A stretch of 20,000 nucleotides of DNA from an uncultured virus (IMG/VR IMGVR_UViG_3300021511_000004) (IMGVR_UViG_3300021511_000004), one strand, 5' to 3'. Shown: positions 8,401 through 15,390, numbered from the stretch's first letter. Made by a program: numbers and translations. Notes: a model not told the origin generated them from the letters alone.

Positions 8401-8649
8401 TATATGTACTGGGTTCAAGGTATTGATCTTGAAAAAGCTCCAAAAGACGTACAAGAAAAATATCATAAGTTTGTGAAGGATGGAAATAAGTTAGAAGTAA
8501 TTGCCATTCCAGATGAAGAACCACGGTTACCTAATTTCTTTATTCCAAATAAACAAGCAGCATTAAAATTTACGTTTAATAATAGGTATGAATTGATGTT
8601 AAAACCTTTAGATGTTAAGGTGAAAAGTAAGGAAGTTCTAACTTTCTAA
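5419..8649 (+). CDS. polB: Family-B DNA polymerase with an N-terminal family-4 uracil-DNA glycosylase domain
   Basis: UDG: CSVC, AENPG, GKAG, TNVVLC, ELC, HPS. Exonuclease: DIE, GWNCISFD, YNIRD. Polymerase: DFASLYPS, KVLANTLYG, TGDTDS, KKRY. TTG start with AAGGAGG RBS. Confidence 0.95.
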   Translation: MISIKNSFANCSVCDLLDAPSCILETNCKSDITKVDVVFIAENPGKDEVKKGSPLIGKAGKKFRKYFERFGINKMNYLLTNVVLCQTKNLDGTTGNPTKEVIELCKDNCMQIIKACNPKLVVLMGTSPMSAFGIAKAGITNIHERYELFDWEGYKTMIIVHPSFVNRNQSWEPKFSEAMSRISEMLGGKKMEIAVESKAKSLGKGIHRYRIPDKFYTENYRLINVQFLNKTSQVLYIFRDKDNNKVFHKENDDYICYQAPKGVETRKLVPYEKLNQISIKFKDRYNLDSNITYEGDVRIATKHAMDYYHYNKGECKKTKSNIMFFDIEIDTGDERVFPKPEDAAFPINMLTTIHNGEKICYVIDNKTEPIIKRQDVEYKIFANEKKFLQTFIKDFKDTAPDFLAGWNCISFDLSYIYNRLPQIGMQQTSMTSFGEFYIDASKFVCHIPGTVAVDQDFLYRTFTFTKMENYKLGFIADHELDGYTKLDLPLPFNEMYWKMLNKTIEYNIRDTELLEKLDEKLAHINLLNELRIICKANFESTSSFGQIDSLMVSYAKNKGIASKNSDPHIVKEEYPGAFVFEPIPGVYDWITDFDFASLYPSLMITYNIGVNSFVMKTEDPSMGYDLVYDKENLPDVINVIIDPLYEAKVVQMNTKELYKIIQKKELIHTINGCFFHPHKKEFSMFGEVVNMLMTSRKGYKGKMFDAIEEKDKDEETFYYIRQLVYKVLANTLYGVVANKAFRFFDTSLASAVTLTGQEALKTSIVQGDAYMRHLDTGRPFVEPTKITKEEMFANKMPKRSNEYIITGDTDSIFCCFENFSDDLSVGNLHDWCEQIENFLNEEKMIDVVKSHNVDLEFNRLKLKNELVISRGLFLAKKRYAIRVINNEGKDVDKINYMGVEIKRSDYPRKSKEFLVELLDLLLKSKRVSLNKLMEFVNREEQNFIKAILDGDKSIARPVSYGKKLKDYKLVPQGVKAMENWNTLMYDIHKTGNKAYMYWVQGIDLEKAPKDVQEKYHKFVKDGNKLEVIAIPDEEPRLPNFFIPNKQAALKFTFNNRYELMLKPLDVKVKSKEVLTF

Positions 8650-8668
8650 TTAGAACATAATAATGAAA
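8650..8668 (+). promoter_or_regulatory. GAACA-type putative phage promoter upstream of queE
   Basis: TTAGAACATAATAATGAAA in a 29-nt intergenic gap; resembles the motif at 1082, 5038, 11828 and 15394. Confidence 0.45.
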
Positions 8669-8678
8669 GGGGAATATA

Positions 8679-9344
8679 ATGGAAGAAGTTAAACTTATTG
8701 AGAATTTTGTGAGTTGGCAAGGGGAAGGTCCCGATAGTGGGCAAGCAATGATTATATTGAGATTTAAAACATGTAATTTGAAATGTCCTTGGTGTGATAC
8801 CTCTGTTAAAATGAGAATATCAGCTGAGGCTCCATATAAGTTAGAGGATATTCAACAAAGTATTTATAAAAATAAAGCAGGTATTCTTATAACAGGTGGA
8901 GAACCAACAGTGCCAAGGCATATTGATGAAGCAGCAGCATTATTGAATGAACTTCGTTATCCAGTTGCTAATGTCGAATCAAATGGATTTCAACTTGAAC
9001 AACTGATACAGAAAACAAAACATGAAGATAATATCCGCTTTATGTACTCACCTAAATTTTTTAATCACAAAGATCTTGGTTCTGCAATATCAAAAACAAG
9101 AGACCTCATAAATTATTCTAATCTATACATTAAAATTGTTTACGAAGACAAACCAATAGTGCATGAGTATCTTGACTGGTTATCATCACAAATTAAATTA
9201 GATAGAGCAAATAAGGTCTGGATTATGCCGGAAGGTGTTACAAGAGTTGACTTAATTAAAAATTCCGAAAAAGTGTTTAATGCATGTGAGAAGTACAAAT
9301 TTAATTTTTCATCAAGAGATCATATTATATTCGGTTTTGTATAA
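8679..9344 (+). CDS. queE: 7-carboxy-7-deazaguanine synthase-like radical SAM enzyme
   Basis: ENFVSWQGEG, LRFKTCNLKCPWCDT (CxxxCxxC), ITGGEP, VESNG, SPK, IMPEG and C-terminal RxH. Confidence 0.88.
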   Translation: MEEVKLIENFVSWQGEGPDSGQAMIILRFKTCNLKCPWCDTSVKMRISAEAPYKLEDIQQSIYKNKAGILITGGEPTVPRHIDEAAALLNELRYPVANVESNGFQLEQLIQKTKHEDNIRFMYSPKFFNHKDLGSAISKTRDLINYSNLYIKIVYEDKPIVHEYLDWLSSQIKLDRANKVWIMPEGVTRVDLIKNSEKVFNACEKYKFNFSSRDHIIFGFV

Positions 9345-9353
9345 GAAAGGGAG

Positions 9354-9743
9354 GTGATCGAGATTCAGGCATCTAGTTATCATAAACATTATTATCCAGA
9401 TGAGCATTCTGGAATATGTGTTGTTCGTCGCAAAGGTGAAAAAGATGAAGACTTCATTAAGAGATTTCGTAAGAAATTTTCAAAAAGTGGTCTTGCTAAA
9501 GAAGTACGAGATCGAATGTTCTTTGAAAAACCTAGTGATAAAAAGCGACGTAAGAAAGCTCAATCCATCAGGATGATAAAAAGAGATAAAGAAAAGCTCA
9601 TTGAAATGCATGAGCGTTACAAACGTATGAAGTTAAAAAGAAAAAGACAACAAGCTAAAGAAAGAAAAGCTAAAGGAGATAGATATGATCAACGCACTAG
9701 CAGACAAGATAGTAGTAGAGTTTCTGAGAACGACAAAGAGTGA
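9354..9743 (+). CDS. rpsU: Ribosomal protein bS21 with N- and C-terminal extensions (start possibly ATT 9363)
   Basis: VVRRKGEKDEDFIKRFRKKFSKSGLAKEVRDRMFFEKPSDKKRRKK is the bS21 signature. Confidence 0.88.
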   Translation: MIEIQASSYHKHYYPDEHSGICVVRRKGEKDEDFIKRFRKKFSKSGLAKEVRDRMFFEKPSDKKRRKKAQSIRMIKRDKEKLIEMHERYKRMKLKRKRQQAKERKAKGDRYDQRTSRQDSSRVSENDKE

Positions 9744-10035
9744 GGGAGGATTAATAATTCCTGATATAGCTCAAGATCCTCAAGGTTATGGCAAAGTACT
9801 TTCAGTTGGGGAAGATGTAAAGATTATCAAAGAAGGTGACGTTCTTGTTTTTCATATGAGAGCGGGAATGGATTTAATTCTTAATGATAAAGTCCAAAAA
9901 TGTTTGAAAGCTGAGGAAGTATATGGTATTCTGGAAGATGAAGAACTTATAAGCAGACTTGCACCTCTTGAGTTTAAAGCAAAAGAAGAACAGTCAAAAA
10001 TAGTTAAACCAGGAGGGGGTGTTATAATTGCTTAA
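9685..10035 (+). CDS. groES: Co-chaperonin GroES (Cpn10)
   Basis: ALADKIVV, KSEGGLIIPD mobile loop, GKVLSVG, IKEGDVLVF, EEVYGIL; AAGGAG RBS. Confidence 0.88.
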   Translation: MINALADKIVVEFLRTTKSEGGLIIPDIAQDPQGYGKVLSVGEDVKIIKEGDVLVFHMRAGMDLILNDKVQKCLKAEEVYGILEDEELISRLAPLEFKAKEEQSKIVKPGGGVIIA

Positions 10036-10828
10036 TCTGCAACATATAGAGGCCACCAGCTTGAATGATACATGGTTTCAAACATTATTTAAAATGCTTG
10101 AAGAAGGTACAGTATTCAAAATTGATCGTGGCTCAAATGCTGGCCAGAAACGCTTAGAGTTTGATTGGATTACTTTACATATAAACAATCCAGGCGTTCG
10201 TCCATTACTACCGCAAATTGAGGATCATTATGGTATTCCTAATCCAGTAAAGGATGACTATCTAGATGATTATCTACCATATTTAATGACTGCAGAATTA
10301 AAACCAACAGAGTCATATACATATGGTCAAAGGTTGACAGGATATCCAGTTAAATATCCTTTACAATTATGTAAGGAAGGTCATTGGCCAGAAATTCTTA
10401 TTCATGAAGTAGAAGAGTTAATTAAACTTGGAATTATATACTCAACAGGATTTTGGCATGTAAATCAGATTGAACTTCTTATTTGGACTTATAAAAATAA
10501 GGGATTCAGAAATAATCAAATGGTTTTACAGGTAGCTCATCCATCTGATATGTTGCTTCAAGACCCACCTTGTTTACGCCATATTGATACTCGAATTCAA
10601 GATGGGAAGTTACATTTCATGCCGTATTTTCGGAGTTGGGACTTATGGGGCGGATTGCCTGCAAATCTAGGAGGAATCCAACTCTTAAAAGAATATGTTG
10701 CTGCAGAAATTGGAGTTGAAGATGGAGAAATGGTTGCTACAAGTAAGGGACTTCATATTTATGATTACTCGTTTGACCTTGCAAAATGTCTAAGAATGCG
10801 AGATGATATTCAGTTGAAAGGAGAATAA
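10028..10828 (+). CDS. thyA: Thymidylate synthase family protein (archaeal-like ThyA, dUMP-type Asn)
   Basis: YTYGQRL, DPPCL (catalytic Cys), FRSWDLWGGLPAN, GLHIY; TTG start with GGAGG RBS. Confidence 0.85.
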   Translation: MLNLQHIEATSLNDTWFQTLFKMLEEGTVFKIDRGSNAGQKRLEFDWITLHINNPGVRPLLPQIEDHYGIPNPVKDDYLDDYLPYLMTAELKPTESYTYGQRLTGYPVKYPLQLCKEGHWPEILIHEVEELIKLGIIYSTGFWHVNQIELLIWTYKNKGFRNNQMVLQVAHPSDMLLQDPPCLRHIDTRIQDGKLHFMPYFRSWDLWGGLPANLGGIQLLKEYVAAEIGVEDGEMVATSKGLHIYDYSFDLAKCLRMRDDIQLKGE

Positions 10829-10830
10829 CA

Positions 10831-11358
10831 ATGTCTACTGTTGTTGCAATTGTTGATAAAGGAAAAGTTTGGATGGGTGCTGATAGTTATGCTACAATGG
10901 AGGGTGGACAGAGAAGACGTATAATGTGTAAAAAAATGTTTGTAAATCCTCCATATCTTATTGGTCATGTTGGTAGTGTTAGAGTAGGTCAAGTTGTCAA
11001 ACCAGAGTACTTTAAAGCACCTGAAAATATTTTACAATTTCCTGATAACCTAATTAAACATTTTAGAAAGAAAGGTTGTTTGGGTATAGACTCAGATGAT
11101 CAAACTACTACAAATGGATCGAACTTTTTAATAGCTACCCCATATGGTAAATTATATGAACTTCTTGTAGATTTTCAATTAAATGAAGTTGAAGATTTTA
11201 CATCTATTGGATCAGGATCTACATTTGCGCTTGGTTCTTTATATACAACAAGAAAAAAGAAAAATCATAGAAAACGAATAATAACTGCTTTAAAAATAGC
11301 AGCTGTTTATGATATGCAAACTGGTCCTCCGTTTATAGTTGAGGAATATTTGGAATGA
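10831..11358 (+). CDS. HslV/proteasome-beta-like Ntn hydrolase
   Basis: MSTVVAI...MGADS, conserved Lys, SIGSGSTFALGSL, AAVYDMQTGPP. Confidence 0.75.
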   Translation: MSTVVAIVDKGKVWMGADSYATMEGGQRRRIMCKKMFVNPPYLIGHVGSVRVGQVVKPEYFKAPENILQFPDNLIKHFRKKGCLGIDSDDQTTTNGSNFLIATPYGKLYELLVDFQLNEVEDFTSIGSGSTFALGSLYTTRKKKNHRKRIITALKIAAVYDMQTGPPFIVEEYLE

Positions 11359-11789
11359 TGGATATTATTGTATCAGAAGATACTATTGTATTAAGAGAAG
11401 ATGAAATAATTTGTCCTGTGTGTAAAGGTGTGGGGCATACTAAAAAAAGTATATATGTCTGTGAAAAATGTGATGGTACTGGAAAAGTTGATTGGATTGC
11501 CAATGCAATGGTGAAAAAGAAGAAAGGAAGGTCATTTTTAGATGAGATAAATATAAGAAGGTTAGTTCTACATCTTAAATCTCTAGTCACCGGTCTTCAA
11601 TTTGAACCAAATGATAAAATTACTTTTGATACTCTAAAAGGAATGATGGAATCTTATCTAGACACAATGAAGAGCAGAAAAGCAATTTATGACTATAATA
11701 TCATACAATCTCCTACAAATCATTTAAACATTCATGTAAAACCAAATAGATCAATTGAAGTAGTTAATATGGAGTTTACTATAGTATAA
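11355..11789 (+). CDS. DnaJ-type zinc finger fused to a tail-sheath C-terminal-like domain, paralog 2
   Basis: CPVCKGVG...CEKCDGTGKVDWIANAM followed by INIRRL...FEPND...YL...IYDY...IHVKPNRSIEVVNMEF, a gp18 sheath C-terminal signature. Confidence 0.75.
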   Translation: MMDIIVSEDTIVLREDEIICPVCKGVGHTKKSIYVCEKCDGTGKVDWIANAMVKKKKGRSFLDEINIRRLVLHLKSLVTGLQFEPNDKITFDTLKGMMESYLDTMKSRKAIYDYNIIQSPTNHLNIHVKPNRSIEVVNMEFTIV

Positions 11790-11826
11790 AACTAACTGAT
11801 AAATGTAGATTATATGTGAAATATTT

Positions 11827-11842
11827 GGAACAAAGAATAAAT
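11827..11842 (+). promoter_or_regulatory. GAACAAA-type putative phage promoter
   Basis: GGAACAAAGAATAAAT just upstream of the AGGAGA RBS and ATG 11861. Confidence 0.45.
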
Positions 11843-11860
11843 AGATTAGGAGAATACAGA

Positions 11861-13267
11861 ATGGTTAGAAGTGGATATGTACTTGCAGGTTTTGAAACAT
11901 TAGCGACTATTATGGATTTGTTTATGACTGGGCAACGTGGAAGATTTAATGATAACTTCACAAGAGCAGAAATCTCAAATTTTCTATCTAGTACATGCTC
12001 TGGTTTTTTACATTCATACGGACAGAATTTTGCAAATAAAAAGAAGTATGATAAATACAATCAAACTGAAGCAAATATGTTTAAAAAATGTAGAGACATG
12101 CAGATTTTTGATAATTGTAATTTTATCGTGGATAGCGGTGGATTTCAAATTTCAACCGGTAGATTAACAAGAAAAGAATCTGACCTTCTTCATATAATGT
12201 ATTATGATTTTATTGAAGAACATCATGAAGTATTTGATAAAGCTTTTATTTTGGATATTCCTCCGGGACCTGGTTGTGAAATTTTCAAAAATTTCTATGA
12301 TGTATATAAATTAAATCTTGAATCTTATACTAGAGCAAAAGAACTTCCAGATGAAATAAGAAAGAAACTTATTTATGTTCATCATTTCAGAACTCCTAGA
12401 TTGTGGGAAATATATACAAGAATTCTACGAGATTATGATATGTTTTCTGCATTTGAATATCATAGTACTGGTGGTATTGTGGCGAATATGTCAAGCGATA
12501 TGTCAATACCATGCATTATTTATGTCCTACCATTAATCCCTCTTATTAATGAAGCAATGAGAGACAAAAGGAATTATCTAAATTTTCATATTCTCGGAGG
12601 TGCCAACTTTAGAGACGTTTTATTTTATGAACTATTTAAAATCACAGTCAAAAAGAAACATAATTTTGATCTAAATATAACTTATGATTCATCCGGTCCA
12701 TATAAGCAAGTAATGCACGCAAGATTTTTACATGCAAAAGATGAACATAATTATATTAGAAAAATGAGTATTAAAGAAAGCGATTTAGATAAAAGATTTA
12801 TGGTTGATAAAACAACTATAGATAATTATCAAGACCTTATGAATAAAATGGCAGATAAATGGCAGTTTAAACGAATTGACATTGATGGAGTGTATGGAAT
12901 GTATGAAAATAAATCTGGAATCATGACAAGTACATTTCATGCAGACGTAAAAGCATATGCAATTTTATATGCATTGAATATTTATTCTGAAATTCATGAT
13001 GAAATGAGAGAATTTGCTGAAAAGGTGTATCCAATATATGAAGCTGGTTTACTGGAACAATTTTATCATGAATGTTTTGAAATTACAAGAACTATTAATC
13101 AAGGAAAACTAACAAAAAAACAAAAGATTAAAGCTCATAGTATTCCAAAATCTCTTGATATGTTGGGTGATTTAGATGAAGATTACTGTGAATTTTTGAT
13201 AAATAAATATTTAGCAAAAGATGAATTTGTTGAGTTAAATGAACGCAAAAAGGTGCTTACATTTTAA
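11861..13267 (+). CDS. tRNA-guanine transglycosylase-fold protein, DpdA-like DNA base-exchange candidate
   Basis: TGT motifs in order: IVDSGGFQ, ILDIPP, TGGIV, FHILGG, TYDSSG. No CxCxxC zinc site of tRNA TGTs. Start moved from 11816 to ATG 11861 because of the AGGAGA RBS at 11848-11853. Confidence 0.75.
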   Translation: MVRSGYVLAGFETLATIMDLFMTGQRGRFNDNFTRAEISNFLSSTCSGFLHSYGQNFANKKKYDKYNQTEANMFKKCRDMQIFDNCNFIVDSGGFQISTGRLTRKESDLLHIMYYDFIEEHHEVFDKAFILDIPPGPGCEIFKNFYDVYKLNLESYTRAKELPDEIRKKLIYVHHFRTPRLWEIYTRILRDYDMFSAFEYHSTGGIVANMSSDMSIPCIIYVLPLIPLINEAMRDKRNYLNFHILGGANFRDVLFYELFKITVKKKHNFDLNITYDSSGPYKQVMHARFLHAKDEHNYIRKMSIKESDLDKRFMVDKTTIDNYQDLMNKMADKWQFKRIDIDGVYGMYENKSGIMTSTFHADVKAYAILYALNIYSEIHDEMREFAEKVYPIYEAGLLEQFYHECFEITRTINQGKLTKKQKIKAHSIPKSLDMLGDLDEDYCEFLINKYLAKDEFVELNERKKVLTF

Positions 13268-13548
13268 TGGAATTAAGATATAATAAATATAAAAAAACCT
13301 TATTATCTTTGGATGAAGGTGAGGAATTTTGTAAAACATGTAATGGAGATGGTATAATAAGTTCAAAAAGAAGTTACCCTGCTCTTAATATAAGAACTGG
13401 TAATCCTTTAGTATGTAAAGATTGTTTGGGTGATGGTAAAATTGATTGGATTGAAAAAGCAATTGGCAAAAGACCACAAATACCATTTATTAATATGACA
13501 ATAGAAAGAACAAAACTTGTTCCAAGAATAAGGAAATTTAAAAGGTGA
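13267..13548 (+). CDS. Small DnaJ-type zinc-finger protein, paralog 3
   Basis: CKTCNGDG...CKDCLGDGKIDWIEKAI; C-terminal IPFINMTIERTKLVPRIRKFK. Confidence 0.8.
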   Translation: MELRYNKYKKTLLSLDEGEEFCKTCNGDGIISSKRSYPALNIRTGNPLVCKDCLGDGKIDWIEKAIGKRPQIPFINMTIERTKLVPRIRKFKR

Positions 13549-13867
13549 AAGATGAACCATATCTCAAAGAAGGAGAAGTGATTTGTGATAACTGCAATGG
13601 AGATGGAAAACTTTCAATAACTCTTGGCAGTATTACTGTCTGCACTAAATGTTGGGGGGGGCTGGAACTAGTGGTTTTGCTTTACCATTTGATGCTCCAG
13701 CAGGTTTTGATAGAAGTCATGATGATGCGATAGATGCAATGGCTAAGCAACTTGCCGATGAAATAGACAAAGAAATCTTAGAATCTATATTAGAGTCAGT
13801 GGAACAAACTAATAAATTAATGAAAATAGCAAAAACAGTGATGTATGAAATGGAGGATAAAACTTGA
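13545..13867 (+). pseudogene. Small DnaJ-type zinc-finger protein, paralog 4, split by a frameshift at a G8 tract
   Basis: ORF 13545..13733 (CDNCNGDG...CTKCWG) and ORF 13649..13867 join in frame if the G run at 13654-13661 is G6 (CTKCWGAG) or G9. Confidence 0.6.
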
Positions 13868-15360
13868 TAACAGAATCATTTTTAAATTCGTGCTTTTCTT
13901 TACTATTAAATCAAAAATCAAAAATTAAGAAAACTAAAGCATTATACCGAGATATTCTTGAAATTTTGAATTTTAGCGATACAAAAGATTCATACGAAAT
14001 TCCTTTACCTGTTAAGAGTAAGTTGGAATTTTTAAAGAAAATCACTGAAATGTTATTAACTGATAAAACACCAGAAAGTGTTAGAGATAGTGTTTCATTA
14101 AGTGAAAAGTTTAAACAACACCAAGATTTTTTGGACTTAAAAATTAATGAAGATTTAAACGAAGCTGTTTTCCAAGATTATGTGCGGCAGGTAAGAATAA
14201 GGAAAAAGATAGGTGCATTGTTTCAAAATTATGATGAACTTAATACAGTTTTAGAGTCAATAAAAGATGGGTCGTTTGACTCTATTGATGATTTAGTTGA
14301 AGATTATGAAGTAACAATCAAAACTCTTTATACAAATATGATGGAGAGTAATAGAGCAGTAACAATTGAAGCTGCTGCGTCTCTTGATTTAATGAAGGAT
14401 GACTATACCTCAGTAATTGAAATGATTACAAAAAAGTATGAAAAAACAAATAAAACTCCAAGCGGATTTCGTTTACTTGATGGTATAGATTATTTAAATG
14501 GCGGGTATGAACCATCAAGGTTATATGTTTGGGGAGGGGGTTCTGGAGCAGGTAAATCAACATTAATAAACAATTCAATTTATAGGGCTGCTTTGTCAAA
14601 TCAATTTCTTACGATTGAAGGTGGTAAACCTCCAGTACCTGGAGAGATTCATAAGGTTTATGTTTATGTAACAATGGAGAATACAATTGAAGAATCTCTA
14701 ATGAGAACATATCAACCAATGTTTGATAAGACAATCCCAATGATGATTACTGATATTAAGAATAACGTACCAATTGGGAAAATAATTTCAGATGAACTAG
14801 CAAAAAATAGTGCAACAATTGTAATGAAATACTTTCCGGCAATGAGTATTAGTACTCTTGATTTAATGGGAGTTATTGATGAAGTAATTGATGAATATGG
14901 TATAGAGGCAATTGCTGGTTTATATGTTGATTATTTAGATCTTCTAAAAACTGATACTAAATATGATATATATAGATTAGAACTTGGGCATATTACTTTA
15001 GCTTTAAAAACACTAGCAGTTCAATATGGTATTCCTGTAATAACAGCTACGCAACTATCAAGAAGAGTATACAATATTCAAGAGTCAAGAGAATTAAATC
15101 TTGATCAAATGTCTGAGTCAATAAAGAAAGTTGAACATGCAGATTTTGTGGGATTACTTGGCAAAGATCAAAATGATAATTCTATAGTTCATGGAAAAAT
15201 TGGAAAAAATAGAGCGGGAAAAAGCAACATTGCTTTACAGTTTCAAGTTGATTTTTCAAAATTCAAATTTATTGATGCAACTGTAGCAGCAAATAAAAGT
15301 AAAATAGATTCCTCTGATGATGAACAACCTTTATTTGATGGATTAGGTATAAAGTTTTAG
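13864..15360 (+). CDS. dnaB: Replicative SF4 helicase (DnaB / T4 gp41-like)
   Basis: Walker A GGSGAGKS, YVTMEN, Walker B YVDYLDL, TATQLSR, KNRAG; TTG start with GGAGG RBS. Confidence 0.92.
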   Translation: MITESFLNSCFSLLLNQKSKIKKTKALYRDILEILNFSDTKDSYEIPLPVKSKLEFLKKITEMLLTDKTPESVRDSVSLSEKFKQHQDFLDLKINEDLNEAVFQDYVRQVRIRKKIGALFQNYDELNTVLESIKDGSFDSIDDLVEDYEVTIKTLYTNMMESNRAVTIEAAASLDLMKDDYTSVIEMITKKYEKTNKTPSGFRLLDGIDYLNGGYEPSRLYVWGGGSGAGKSTLINNSIYRAALSNQFLTIEGGKPPVPGEIHKVYVYVTMENTIEESLMRTYQPMFDKTIPMMITDIKNNVPIGKIISDELAKNSATIVMKYFPAMSISTLDLMGVIDEVIDEYGIEAIAGLYVDYLDLLKTDTKYDIYRLELGHITLALKTLAVQYGIPVITATQLSRRVYNIQESRELNLDQMSESIKKVEHADFVGLLGKDQNDNSIVHGKIGKNRAGKSNIALQFQVDFSKFKFIDATVAANKSKIDSSDDEQPLFDGLGIKF

Positions 15361-15390
15361 AAACAAACTCTGTACTAAGGTGATTTAAAT

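Noticed and set aside
10028..10828. dCMP hydroxymethylase with T4-like glucosyl-hmC pathway
   Set aside because: The specificity residue is Asn (GLPAN), not Asp.
11355..11789. Genuine tail sheath gene
   Set aside because: Only ~85 aa of sheath-like sequence, fused to a zinc finger and outside a tail module.
5419..15360. Inteins or introns in the polymerase, thyA or helicase
   Set aside because: Motifs are contiguous, with no C...HN splice signatures or homing endonuclease motifs.
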